IMG/VR virus record: IMGVR_UViG_3300027804_000046 | Span: 1 to 64,000 of that record | From: a virus | Length of the DNA stretch: 64,000 bases | Reading direction: 5' to 3' (one strand) | In this document: positions 33,085 through 42,912 of the stretch, in pieces | How the letters are laid out: every line of letters starts with the position of its first letter | How positions within the stretch are numbered: position 1 is the first letter of the stretch | Program-made: the position numbers and the translations under genes | The notes under the pieces: generated by a model | The model's input: only the letters and a program-made list of their open reading frames with translations | Told to the model about the DNA's origin: nothing | Database searches by the model: none

Positions 33085-34851
33085 TTGGTGGTACAACTTT
33101 TTGGCTTTGAAATTTCACGTAAAAAAACGAAGCAAGACAATGCTTCTCCAGACGAAACTAATAAAACATTCGCATTACCGCAGAATGACGATGGTGCTGT
33201 AACCATTCAATCAGGTGCTTATTATGGCACCTATGTTGATTTGGACGGTGTAGTCAGAAACGAAATTGAGCTTATTACACGTTATCGTGAAATGTCAATG
33301 CAACCAGAATTGGAAACGGCCATTGATGAAATTGTCAATGAGGCCATTGTTAACACAGCTAAAGATAAAGCTGTGGAAATTAACATGGATGATTTGAAGC
33401 AGCCAGAATCGGTAAAGAAAAAGATTAGAGATGAGTTTGATACTGCTCTAAAGCTGTTAAACTTTGGTAATATGGGTCATGAAACATTCCGTCGTTGGTA
33501 TGTTGACGGTCGCATGTTCTACCATGTTATCATAGATGAAAAGAGATCAGCCGAAGGCATTTTAGAACTCAGGTATATTGATCCTCGTCGTATTCGTAAG
33601 ATCCGCGAAATTCAAAAGACAAAAGATCCTCGTACAACTATTGACGTTATTAGTAAGATTAATGAATACTATCTTTACAATGAACGTGGTATTATTGGCG
33701 CACATTCTAACTTGGGCGCAAAGATTGCCGTAGATGCAATCATTAATGTCAATTCAGGTCTAATGGATAGCAAGAGAGCGATGGTTCTCTCGTATCTGCA
33801 TAAGGCCATCAAACCGCTAAACAACTTGAGAATGATTGAAGATGCGACAGTAATCTATCGTCTCTCTCGCGCGCCCGAGCGCCGCATTTTCTATATCGAT
33901 GTTGGTAACATGCCAACAATCAAGGCTGAACAATATCTAAAAGATATCATGACCAAGTATCGTAACAAGTTAGTTTACGACAGCACGACTGGTGAAATCA
34001 AAGATGACCGTAAGCATCTTTCCATGCTAGAAGATTTCTGGCTTCCTCGTCGTGAAGGCGGTAAAGGCACAGAAATCACAACTCTTCCTGGCGGCCAGAA
34101 TCTTGGCGAATTGGAAGATGTAAAGTATTTTGAACGCAAGTTGTACAAAGCACTTGGTGTTCCTATTGGTCGCTTAGAACAGCAACCAGGTGGCGGCATT
34201 CTAGGTCGCTCAACAGAAATTACTAGAGAAGAACTAAAGTTTTCAAAGTTCATTGACAGACTACGCAATAAGTTTGCTACGCTATTTGATGACATTCTTC
34301 GTGTTCAATTGGTACTCAAGAAAGTTTGTACCGAAGAAGAATGGAAAGAGTTCAAAGAAGATATCTACTATGACTTCAAGAAGGATAACAACTTTGATGA
34401 GTTGAAAGAATCGGAACTTCTTATGAACCGTATTGCCACTCTACAGGCAGTTGATCCATATGTTGGTCGTTATTATTCTATGCAGTGGGTTCGTAAGAAT
34501 ATTCTTATGTTGAATGATGAAGACATTGAAGAAATCAATACTCAGATTGAAGAAGAAAAAGCTGCGGCAACGCCTACAGACGAAAATGGAAATCCAATAC
34601 CAACAGACGACCAAGGTAATCCATTGCAACCTGAAATGCCTGCTGCACCTACTCCAAATATTGTTCCGCCGACTCCACAAGAGGCAATGATGCAGCAATA
34701 TATGGCACAGCAGGGTGTACCGCAAGAACAAATGCCAGTACAAGACGGCACAGGTAAAGATGAAATGGATCCACTAGATATGGGAATGGATGCCGACCGT
34801 GAGCGCAATCGTCGTAGATTTGTCAATGATACTTTGGAGCCAGCCCGTTGA
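33085..34851 (+). CDS. gp20: Portal vertex protein gp20
   Basis: RRWYVDGR, SYLHKAIKP.N.LRM.EDA.VIYR..RAPERRIFYIDVGN and EDFWLPRREGG.GTEITTLPGG; start could be TTG 33085 or GTG 33088. Confidence 0.97.
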   Translation: MVVQLFGFEISRKKTKQDNASPDETNKTFALPQNDDGAVTIQSGAYYGTYVDLDGVVRNEIELITRYREMSMQPELETAIDEIVNEAIVNTAKDKAVEINMDDLKQPESVKKKIRDEFDTALKLLNFGNMGHETFRRWYVDGRMFYHVIIDEKRSAEGILELRYIDPRRIRKIREIQKTKDPRTTIDVISKINEYYLYNERGIIGAHSNLGAKIAVDAIINVNSGLMDSKRAMVLSYLHKAIKPLNNLRMIEDATVIYRLSRAPERRIFYIDVGNMPTIKAEQYLKDIMTKYRNKLVYDSTTGEIKDDRKHLSMLEDFWLPRREGGKGTEITTLPGGQNLGELEDVKYFERKLYKALGVPIGRLEQQPGGGILGRSTEITREELKFSKFIDRLRNKFATLFDDILRVQLVLKKVCTEEEWKEFKEDIYYDFKKDNNFDELKESELLMNRIATLQAVDPYVGRYYSMQWVRKNILMLNDEDIEEINTQIEEEKAAATPTDENGNPIPTDDQGNPLQPEMPAAPTPNIVPPTPQEAMMQQYMAQQGVPQEQMPVQDGTGKDEMDPLDMGMDADRERNRRRFVNDTLEPAR

Positions 34852-35771
34852 AGAGATTTAACGAATACTTAGAAGAAAGTTTAGCCGCAGAGGTTAAATC
34901 AGAACCTAAGACAGCCGCTTCAATGGAAGCCAGAAAACTTGGCTTGACTTATATGGGATTTGGTCGTTATGCAAATAGCAAGGGAGAAGTTGCTTACGTT
35001 GTAGATAATGACAGACTAGTTCCTTATAAAAGTCGTATAGAAGTTCAAGCCTCGTATTCCAAATCTCTATCACCTTCTCAGGGATTTGCAACTTTTGGCG
35101 CGCCGAAGAAAAAAGACGAAACTAGTTTTTACGCTAAGACTTTAAATGGTCGTGAAAAGGAAGACAAGAAGATTACTTCTACCAAAGAAAAAGAAGCGTT
35201 AAAAGTAAATAAAGAACTTTACAACTTTTACAACGCTGGAATGTTTGATGACAATGAACTGAGTGCTATAGGTTATTATACTGCTGACGGGTATGAATAC
35301 ATCAACAGATTTTTGTATATGGGTCACGAACCAGATATGTCAGATGATGAAGCGAGTCAATTGGAAAACTATGTAGATAACATAGACTCAGCCTTTGAGA
35401 ACACAGAAGCACCATTTGACTATACGGTTTACACAGGTCTGAGCGAAAGATATAGGCCAGAGAAAATAAAACCTGGCTCAGATTATATCTTTAGAGGATA
35501 TATTTCTACATCTCTAAGTTATGATGTTGCTATAAGCAGTTTTACAGAAGGTAATGATGCACCTGTAGTATTGCAGATAGAGGTTAAAAAGGGACAGAGA
35601 TCAATTTATACCGATGCAATTTCATCAAATCCTGGTGAATTAGAAACATTATTACCAAGAGGTTCAAGAGTAAAAGTTATTTCAGGACCCCATCAATTAG
35701 ATGTCACTGTTGTTAGCAATAAAGTCTATGGAATAATCAATTTATTCCACTGCGAGTTAATAGAAGAATAA
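34848..35771 (+). CDS. Putative ADP-ribosyltransferase (VIP2/Alt-like), probably capsid-packaged
   Basis: YT..GY..IN.FL helix, VYTG, GYISTSL and GELETLLPRG (ExE); N-terminal MKRFNEYLEE; TTG start overlaps the portal stop. Confidence 0.75.
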   Translation: MKRFNEYLEESLAAEVKSEPKTAASMEARKLGLTYMGFGRYANSKGEVAYVVDNDRLVPYKSRIEVQASYSKSLSPSQGFATFGAPKKKDETSFYAKTLNGREKEDKKITSTKEKEALKVNKELYNFYNAGMFDDNELSAIGYYTADGYEYINRFLYMGHEPDMSDDEASQLENYVDNIDSAFENTEAPFDYTVYTGLSERYRPEKIKPGSDYIFRGYISTSLSYDVAISSFTEGNDAPVVLQIEVKKGQRSIYTDAISSNPGELETLLPRGSRVKVISGPHQLDVTVVSNKVYGIINLFHCELIEE

Positions 35772-35800
35772 ATATAAGAACTGGTTAGGAGTCAAACAAA

Positions 35801-35956
35801 ATGTCAGTAAACAAAGCATTAGATAGTGTTCTAGCAAATAACCTAGACGAAATGCGTAATCATTTTTCCAACGCTCTTTCTACAAAGGCTGTAGAGAAGT
35901 TGGAAGAACGCAAGTCTGTTATTGCTCAGAACTACTTTGGTAAGACAAAGGAATAA
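35801..35956 (+). CDS. gp67: Prohead core protein gp67-like (51 aa, absent from the ORF track)
   Basis: MSVNKALDSVLANNLDEMRNHFSNALSTKAVEKLEERKSVIAQNYFGKTKE*; AGGAG RBS and AATAAATA upstream; syntenic position after the portal. Confidence 0.7.
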   Translation: MSVNKALDSVLANNLDEMRNHFSNALSTKAVEKLEERKSVIAQNYFGKTKE

Positions 35957-35962
35957 TACATC

Positions 35963-37804
35963 ATGAAAAGCATCAAAGACCTAAGAGAACAATACAATCT
36001 CATTACGGAAAAAGAAGAAGCGGAAACTAAAAAGTTAGCCGCTCTTGTTCGTGCTGGTCTGTTTGATGCTAAGAAATTAACTTCACTAAAACGCGCTCTT
36101 GATAAGCCAGTCGATAAGATGACTGCACAGGAAAAGCGTATGCTTCTCAACTTGCTTGATGCTCTTATGTCTGAGGTTCTTTCTAATCAACCTGTTTATC
36201 AGAAAGTTAAGCAGAATGTGATGAAGGAATCTGTTGTAGTTGACACAAAAGATTATCTCACAAAGATGGATCCTAGAGTCAAGAGATATGGTTACTCTCA
36301 AAAAGAAACACCATCTGTTCTTCTATTGAAGCGTAAGGCTATTCGTGTATTTCCTGATGGTCAAAAAGTTGCATTGTATTATGCACAGGCTATCGACAAG
36401 TATGTTTCTATTCCATTCAGCGAGATTGGAATTAATGAAACTTGGTTAGGCGATATCGTTAGAGGTGTTGTGAGAAACGTTGTTGGTGGTAATGATTCTA
36501 ATTCATCTGCTAAGAAAGATGAAGATGAAATTTCAAAAGAGTTGAAGCCACTGGAAAGAGAAAAAGCCAAGTTAAACGTTTCTTCGGATCTTAAAGATAA
36601 GCCATACACAACTGGCGTCGAAGCAAGAAGACAGAAGTATGAACGCGATGCAAACATGGCTATGGCCAAAGGTGTGAGAGAAAGCTTTAGAAGCAATCTT
36701 CAAACTTTGAATGAAGATGATATTGATTCTTGGGAAAGTAGAGTGTTTGGTATTACAGGACACCAGTTTACTCCATATGGAGGTGGTGCTTTTGGTGGCG
36801 CAGTTAGAGTAAAACCTTTAGGTGGAAGCGCAGCTACAGCAACAAAAATTAAACCATCTGGTCCACCAAAAAGATTTGTTCCAAAAAGAAAAGATCCTGC
36901 GGAAACTCCAGATAGACGAAGAAGAGATGATGGTCCTTCTCCAAGAGGTCCAGGCAGATACGAACCATCTCCAAGAAAGCCTTCTGGTCCGCCAACAAGA
37001 AAGCCAGTTGAGCAACCAAAACCTCAGAAGCCAGTAGAACAACCAAAACCTGTTGAACAGCCAAAACCATCTCGTTTTAATCCTCCAGAAGTTAAACCTG
37101 ATGTTAAACAACCTTTAAAACCAACTACACCGGCAAATGTGCCTGAAATAAAGCCCGATAAAAAAACTTCTCCTAATAGAGAAGCGCCTGCATATAAACC
37201 AAAACCAGCTGCCAGACCTGAGTTTCCTGGAAAGTTGCCTGCTGCAAAACCAGGTAATAAACCAGATGTTGCTCCAACTCAAGAACCATCTTCACAACCT
37301 TCTCCTTTAAAGAAACCTGAAAATCAACCTTGGAAAGATGCTGAAAAGTGGGCAAAGACACAAGATCAACCAGCAAATAAACCTGCTAAGAATGAAAAAG
37401 ATGCAAAAAAGCGTGAATCAAAAGATACAAAGCCGCCAAAACCACCAAGAAAGCCGTTTAAGTTGCCAGCGTTAGCTGTTGATGTAGGTGCTAAAGAATT
37501 AACATCTTTGACGCCAGGTCTAAAGCTGGCTATATCTGGTCCGAAAAGAGAAGGTGATGCAGATGCAATACGTTCTAGATTGGCTTCTTATGAACGTAGA
37601 GCATGGCAAGCCCAGGCTGCTATGACAGAATCCGTTGAGATTAATCTGAATGGAAACCGATTTGTGCTAAATAATGAAGAAGCAAATAAAGTTATTTCGC
37701 TCTATGAGTCCCTTAATACCAAGAACAAGCAAAAGATGATTAAGATGATGAATGAGAGCGAAGAACAGTTAAACAAGATAGTATCATTCGCAGTAAGGCA
37801 GTAG
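35963..37804 (+). CDS. Hypothetical head-associated/internal protein with a Pro/Lys-rich region
   Basis: MKSIKDLREQYNLITE N-terminus, several (I/L/M)xE sites and a long PK-rich linker; lies in the prohead core cluster. Confidence 0.6.
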   Translation: MKSIKDLREQYNLITEKEEAETKKLAALVRAGLFDAKKLTSLKRALDKPVDKMTAQEKRMLLNLLDALMSEVLSNQPVYQKVKQNVMKESVVVDTKDYLTKMDPRVKRYGYSQKETPSVLLLKRKAIRVFPDGQKVALYYAQAIDKYVSIPFSEIGINETWLGDIVRGVVRNVVGGNDSNSSAKKDEDEISKELKPLEREKAKLNVSSDLKDKPYTTGVEARRQKYERDANMAMAKGVRESFRSNLQTLNEDDIDSWESRVFGITGHQFTPYGGGAFGGAVRVKPLGGSAATATKIKPSGPPKRFVPKRKDPAETPDRRRRDDGPSPRGPGRYEPSPRKPSGPPTRKPVEQPKPQKPVEQPKPVEQPKPSRFNPPEVKPDVKQPLKPTTPANVPEIKPDKKTSPNREAPAYKPKPAARPEFPGKLPAAKPGNKPDVAPTQEPSSQPSPLKKPENQPWKDAEKWAKTQDQPANKPAKNEKDAKKRESKDTKPPKPPRKPFKLPALAVDVGAKELTSLTPGLKLAISGPKREGDADAIRSRLASYERRAWQAQAAMTESVEINLNGNRFVLNNEEANKVISLYESLNTKNKQKMIKMMNESEEQLNKIVSFAVRQ

Positions 37805-37805
37805 T

Positions 37806-38309
37806 ATGGCAAACGTATTAAAAGGTCAAAGAATTATTGATGGAAATAAAAGGTCACTAATCAAGTATGTGTTCCTTTCTGATGGCACCGCTGTGGCCAA
37901 TTCTACTCTCGTAGATGTATCTTCACTTGCATTTGCGTTGAATACGAATGGTTACATCATGTCATCCAATGTCGATCCAAAGTCAAGCTACAGAACAACA
38001 ATCAAGCGCATCTTTGGTAATGCAAAGGTCAACAGTTATATCACTATACAGTGGGCAGGCACATCAAATGCTGAAATCGTAACCATTGGTTCAGGTTCAT
38101 TTGATTATGACTTCCAAAGCATGGGTGATGGTGCAATCATTCCTATGGAAAGCGATGCAACAACTGGCGACATTCTATTGTCAATCAATAACAATAAGAA
38201 CAATGATGCCTTTACATTGTTCATCGATCTAAGAAAGAACAACGAAGACTTTGATGCTGGTCAGACCGCAGATCCATATGCATTCAATAAGAAGGGTCCG
38301 TTTCCATGA
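37806..38309 (+). CDS. Conserved hypothetical protein
   Basis: Well-packed ORF in the head cluster; ATTGDIL...FIDLRK...FDAGQ..DP.AFN. Confidence 0.65.
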   Translation: MANVLKGQRIIDGNKRSLIKYVFLSDGTAVANSTLVDVSSLAFALNTNGYIMSSNVDPKSSYRTTIKRIFGNAKVNSYITIQWAGTSNAEIVTIGSGSFDYDFQSMGDGAIIPMESDATTGDILLSINNNKNNDAFTLFIDLRKNNEDFDAGQTADPYAFNKKGPFP

Positions 38310-38935
38310 TTAAGTTAGTCAATTCAATTGTAAATAGAGATTTCGTTTCTGCTGATTCTATTCTTGAAGAAACAGTTGAATTGATTATGGCTAAAAAGTT
38401 GGAAGAAGCCAAGAAGATGACTGCCGCTAAGATGACCGAGCAAGGTCTAGATAAGCCATCTTGGAATTTACAGCAAAGAGGTCTAGTCGAAGATGATGTA
38501 GAAAGCGGCGAAGAAAGTTCTATGGCTCGTTCGGAATTGAATGCCATTACAAAAGATGCTAAAAACATCATATCAAAAATTAAAGGCAACAAAGAACTAG
38601 AAGCCTGGACTCAATCAAAGATTACAAAAGCCGCAGACTATCTAAACTCTGTTGCTGATTATATGAGCGAAGAAGAAAAAGAAAAACTAGACGAAGCCCG
38701 TATCAAGATTATCAAGGCTCGTATTCGTGGCGGCAAAATCCAGCGCCGCAAGAAAGTATCTAATGTTGCTGGCATGACTTTGCGTGGTGGTAAGTTACAG
38801 CGTATGTCTCCTGCTGAACGCCGTCGTAGAAAGATGGGTGCCAGAAGAGCAAAGATTAAGCGTAAGTCTAAAATGAACCGCGCATTGATGAAGCGCCAGA
38901 GATCACTAAGAAAGAGGAAGGCTTTAGGGCTATGA
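38306..38935 (+). CDS. gp68: Prohead core protein gp68-like
   Basis: Very basic C-terminus (RIRGGKIQRRKK...RSLRKRKALGL); directly before gp21. Confidence 0.7.
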   Translation: MIKLVNSIVNRDFVSADSILEETVELIMAKKLEEAKKMTAAKMTEQGLDKPSWNLQQRGLVEDDVESGEESSMARSELNAITKDAKNIISKIKGNKELEAWTQSKITKAADYLNSVADYMSEEEKEKLDEARIKIIKARIRGGKIQRRKKVSNVAGMTLRGGKLQRMSPAERRRRKMGARRAKIKRKSKMNRALMKRQRSLRKRKALGL

Positions 38936-39582
38936 AACTCATTAAAGAAGAAGTAAGTCACGTTAATTTTTTAACGGAAATGAACGAAAAGACTGGTCAG
39001 AAAGAGATGTTCATCGAAGGCATCTTCATGCAAGCCGAAACAAAGAATCGCAACGGTCGTGTATATCCATTTGACGTTCTAAACAAGGAAGTAGAGCGTT
39101 ATAATAGAGAATATGTAAACAAGAACCGTGCGTTTGGTGAGTTAGGTCATCCTGATTCTCCAACTATTAATTTGGATCGTGTATCACACATGATTACCAA
39201 GCTCTATCCAGATGGCAATAATATCATGGGTAAAGCAAAGATTATGGATACTCCTAACGGAAAGATTGTGAAGAGTTTACTAGACGGCGGTGCTAGTTTG
39301 GGTGTGTCAACCAGAGGCGTAGGGTCTCTAAAGCCACACAACGGATATCAACTTGTTCAGGACGATTTTCATTTGGCTACAGCGGCCGATATCGTTGCTG
39401 ATCCATCTGCTCCAAATGCTTTTGTACAAGGCATTATGGAAAACGCAGAGTGGGTTCTAACGGACACAGGTTGGAAAGAAGTGCAATTTGAGATGGCTAA
39501 AAAGCAAATCAAAGAAGCATCTAAAAATGAAATTGAGGCAGTAGCACTACGTCTCTTTGAAAACTTTATCTCTAAACTTTAA
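38932..39582 (+). CDS. gp21: Prohead protease gp21
   Basis: IEGIFMQAE.KNRNGRVY, GELGHP, GVSTRG.GS and DIVADPSAPNAFV.GIME. Confidence 0.97.
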   Translation: MKLIKEEVSHVNFLTEMNEKTGQKEMFIEGIFMQAETKNRNGRVYPFDVLNKEVERYNREYVNKNRAFGELGHPDSPTINLDRVSHMITKLYPDGNNIMGKAKIMDTPNGKIVKSLLDGGASLGVSTRGVGSLKPHNGYQLVQDDFHLATAADIVADPSAPNAFVQGIMENAEWVLTDTGWKEVQFEMAKKQIKEASKNEIEAVALRLFENFISKL

Positions 39583-39587
39583 AGAAT

Positions 39588-39595
39588 TATAAATA
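39588..39595 (+). promoter_or_regulatory. T4-type late promoter TATAAATA upstream of gp22
   Basis: Exact consensus followed by an AAGGAG RBS. Confidence 0.75.
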
Positions 39596-39618
39596 ATACG
39601 AAAAAGGAGTATTCTCAT

Positions 39619-40896
39619 ATGGGTAAGTCATTAACAGAAGTGGCAAAGTCAATCTTGATGAACGAATCTAATGATTCGGCACCAGATCGTGATGCCAAGT
39701 CTTCAAATCCAAACAAGGCCACTCTAAAGCCAGGTGGCGGCGCAAAGGGCGGCGTTGAGCCAAGTCCAATGAGCAATGACGCTACAATGGTTGCAGATGC
39801 ACCAAAGAAGCCAGGCGAAGGCGATAATGTCGGCGCCAAGGCTGCTACAATGAAGCAGGACACATCTCAGGCTTCACCTTCACGTAAGGGCGCAGTTCCA
39901 GCTATGCCCGCTCAGAAGGAAGTAATGGAAGAAGACCTAGAACTAGAAGATGAAGTTCTAGAGGAAGCCAAGCACGAAGAAAAGGAAGACGAAAAAGAAG
40001 AGAAAGAAGAAATGGATGAAAACGTCGAAATGACGGAAGAACTCCAAGCCTTCATCGACCAGATGATTGAAGAAGGCGCTTCCGAAGAAGAGATCGTTGC
40101 TGCAATCGAAGAAAACTTTGAATTTGTTTCAGAAGAAGCAGAAGAAGTTCCTTACTATGACTACGAAGTAGACATGAACGAACACGTAGAGGCTCTATTT
40201 GCTGGCGAAGACCTATCAGAGGAATTTAAGCAAAAGGCCGTAACAATTTTCGAGGCTGCTGTTAAAGCTAAGATGCAGTCTGAAATTGCTCGTCTAGAAG
40301 AAGCATATGCTGCTACTCTAGAAGAGGAAGTAAATACAATTAAGGAAGAGTTGTCATCTAATGTTGATGACTATCTAAACTATGTGGTTGAGCAGTGGGT
40401 GTCTGACAACGAAGTGGCTATCGAAGCCGGTCTTCGTACAGAACTAACAGAAGACTTCATTTCTGGCCTACGTCAGCTATTTGCTGAGAACTACATTGAT
40501 ATTCCAGAAGACAAGATTTCAGTTGTTGAAGAACTTGGTAACAAGGTTGAAGAACTTGAGTCCAAGCTAAATGAAGAAATTGAACGTAATGTTGAATTGA
40601 CAAAGGTTCTATCTGAGAGTTATAAGAACGAAGTTATGCACGCCATGACTGAAGGTCTAACAACAACTCAGGCTGAGAAGCTAAAGCAGCTTTCAGAGAA
40701 CGTTGAATTTGTAGATGCTTCTTCATATGCAAAGAAGATTCAGACATTGCGCGAAAGCTATTTCCCAACATCAGTAAATGCTCAGACCGAACTTGATACA
40801 ATTGTACCAGGTACAGAAGGTCAGACAATGATTTCTGAGGAAAATACACCAATGAACAAGTACGTTCGCGCACTTGGTAAATCACTTCCTAAGTAA
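39619..40896 (+). CDS. gp22: Prohead core scaffold protein gp22
   Basis: Acidic; LSEEFK.KA.TIFEAAV, VDDYLNYVVEQW..DNEVAIE.GLR.E and LRESYF. Confidence 0.95.
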   Translation: MGKSLTEVAKSILMNESNDSAPDRDAKSSNPNKATLKPGGGAKGGVEPSPMSNDATMVADAPKKPGEGDNVGAKAATMKQDTSQASPSRKGAVPAMPAQKEVMEEDLELEDEVLEEAKHEEKEDEKEEKEEMDENVEMTEELQAFIDQMIEEGASEEEIVAAIEENFEFVSEEAEEVPYYDYEVDMNEHVEALFAGEDLSEEFKQKAVTIFEAAVKAKMQSEIARLEEAYAATLEEEVNTIKEELSSNVDDYLNYVVEQWVSDNEVAIEAGLRTELTEDFISGLRQLFAENYIDIPEDKISVVEELGNKVEELESKLNEEIERNVELTKVLSESYKNEVMHAMTEGLTTTQAEKLKQLSENVEFVDASSYAKKIQTLRESYFPTSVNAQTELDTIVPGTEGQTMISEENTPMNKYVRALGKSLPK

Positions 40897-40942
40897 TGGA
40901 AAACAATAAATAATACTAAGATATCTCAAAAGGAGAAATTAA

Positions 40943-42253
40943 ATGTATCTTACAGAACAATTAGAACAGAAGTGGTCTCCAGTATTGGACCACGAAGGTG
41001 CAGGAAAGATTAAGGACTCTTACCGTCGTGCTGTTACAGCCATCATTCTTGAGAACCAGGAAAAGGCTATGGCAGAAGAAGGCCGTCAGCTTAACGAATC
41101 CGCTCCAACAAACGCAACTGGTACATATGTTCAGAACTATGACCCAATTCTTATTTCTTTGGTTCGTCGTTCTCTACCAAAGTTGATTGCTTATGACGTT
41201 TGCGGCGTTCAGCCAATGACAGGTCCAACAGGACTTATCTTCGCTATGCGTTCAAAGTATGACAATCAGAACGGTACAGAAGCTTTCTTCAACGAAGCTA
41301 ATACTCGCTTCTCATCTTCTAACAAGGCTGGCGACACTGTTGGTGGTTCACTACAGACAGGTACAAACCCAGTTTCAAACGTTCTAGACTCTTCACTATT
41401 TACAACTGCTAACGGTATGTCAACTGCTAGAGCAGAAGCCCTTGGTGACTCAGGTTCAAACCTATTCGCTGAAATGGCTTTCTCAATTGAGAAGGTAACT
41501 GTAACAGCCCGCTCACGCGCTCTAAAGGCTGAGTACACAATGGAATTGGCTCAGGATCTTAAGGCTGTTCACGGTCTTGACGCTGAGACAGAACTTGCAA
41601 ACATTCTGTCTACAGAAATCCTAGCTGAAATCAACCGTGAAGTCATTCGTACAATCTACGAACAGGCTGTAGTTGGTGCTGCTTACGGTACAACAACTTC
41701 TGGTACATTCGATCTTGACACAGACTCAAACGGCCGTTGGTCAGTTGAAAAGTTCAAGGGTCTTGTATTCCAGATTGAGCGTGAATGCAACGCAATTGCT
41801 AAGGCAACTCGTCGTGGTAAGGGTAATACCCTAATCCTATCTTCTGACGTTGCTTCTGCTCTTGCAATGGCTGGCGTTCTTGACTACACACCTGCTCTAC
41901 AGGCTAACCTAGAAGTTGACGATACAGGCAACACATTCGCTGGTGTTATGCACGGCCGTGTGAAGGTCTATATCGACCCATACTTCGGCGGTTCTTCAAA
42001 TGGCGACGAACTAGTTCTAGTTGGTTATAAGGGTACTTCTCCTTATGACGCAGGCTTGTTCTACTGCCCATACGTTCCTCTCCAGATGGTTCGCGCTATC
42101 GGTCAGGATACATTCCAGCCAAAGATCGGCTTCAAGACACGTTACGGCATGGTAGCAAACCCATTCGCTCAGGGTACAACTGCTGGTCTTGGCGTTCTTA
42201 CAGCCCGTACAAACAACTACTATCGTATCTTCCGCGTTCGCAACCTTATGTAA
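40943..42253 (+). CDS. gp23: Major capsid protein gp23
   Basis: LISLVRR..P.LIAYD.CGVQPMTGPTGLIFAMR, SRALKAEYT.ELAQDLKAVHGLDAE and FQPKIGFKTRYG. Confidence 0.99.
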   Translation: MYLTEQLEQKWSPVLDHEGAGKIKDSYRRAVTAIILENQEKAMAEEGRQLNESAPTNATGTYVQNYDPILISLVRRSLPKLIAYDVCGVQPMTGPTGLIFAMRSKYDNQNGTEAFFNEANTRFSSSNKAGDTVGGSLQTGTNPVSNVLDSSLFTTANGMSTARAEALGDSGSNLFAEMAFSIEKVTVTARSRALKAEYTMELAQDLKAVHGLDAETELANILSTEILAEINREVIRTIYEQAVVGAAYGTTTSGTFDLDTDSNGRWSVEKFKGLVFQIERECNAIAKATRRGKGNTLILSSDVASALAMAGVLDYTPALQANLEVDDTGNTFAGVMHGRVKVYIDPYFGGSSNGDELVLVGYKGTSPYDAGLFYCPYVPLQMVRAIGQDTFQPKIGFKTRYGMVANPFAQGTTAGLGVLTARTNNYYRIFRVRNLM

Positions 42254-42283
42254 TCATAAGATTGTCGGGGCAAGACAGAGATT

Positions 42284-42313
42284 GGGGCAGCAGAAATGCT
42301 GCCCTTTTCTTTT
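42284..42313 (+). terminator. Rho-independent terminator after gp23
   Basis: GGGGCAGCA-GAAA-TGCTGCCCT followed by a T-rich tract. Confidence 0.85.
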
Positions 42314-42320
42314 ATAAATA
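42313..42320 (+). promoter_or_regulatory. T4-type late promoter TATAAATA upstream of gp3
   Basis: Exact consensus immediately after the terminator. Confidence 0.75.
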
Positions 42321-42336
42321 GTACAGAGGTACTTCA

Positions 42337-42855
42337 ATGTCAACAGAATCATTTCTAACTACTATACCAGACAATACTAGTTTTCTACAGACAACTAGAT
42401 ATACATTTGTCATTCCCAATCTTCCCTTTGCAAAATATTTTTGCCAGAGTATTAATCTTCCTGGAGTCTCATCTAGTGAAATTGAAGTACCTACTCCTTT
42501 CTCAAATACTTTCCGTCATCCAACAAAGATGTCTTTTGAACCATTTACAATTTCATTCTTGATTGACGAAGACTTGAGAGTTTGGGAAGAAACATACAAG
42601 TGGATTGTTTCACTCACAAGACCCGAAAGTGCTAAACAATACATCAAATACAATGATAGAGACGCATCTCCATATCAAGACGGAATGTTGACTGTGAATA
42701 CCAATGCCAATATTCCTAACATTCGTATCAAGTTCAAAAACGTTTTTCCTGTCAGTCTTGGCGGCATTCAGTTCGGTACAACAAATTCAGCCGATACGAC
42801 TCCTACAGCCGATCTAACATTCAGATACGATATCTTCAATTTTGAAAGATTGTAG
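42337..42855 (+). CDS. gp3: Tail completion / tube terminator gp3
   Basis: YFCQSINLPG, F.ISFLIDEDL..W.E.Y.W and FPVSLGGIQF; follows gp23. Confidence 0.85.
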   Translation: MSTESFLTTIPDNTSFLQTTRYTFVIPNLPFAKYFCQSINLPGVSSSEIEVPTPFSNTFRHPTKMSFEPFTISFLIDEDLRVWEETYKWIVSLTRPESAKQYIKYNDRDASPYQDGMLTVNTNANIPNIRIKFKNVFPVSLGGIQFGTTNSADTTPTADLTFRYDIFNFERL

Positions 42856-42884
42856 TTGACTTTTACCTAAAAACGTAGTATAGT
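42856..42884 (+). promoter_or_regulatory. Sigma70-type early promoter for uvsY/uvsW
   Basis: TTGACT-N17-TATAGT. Confidence 0.7.
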
Positions 42885-42912
42885 AATATACATTTTTTGT
42901 GATGGAGAAACT

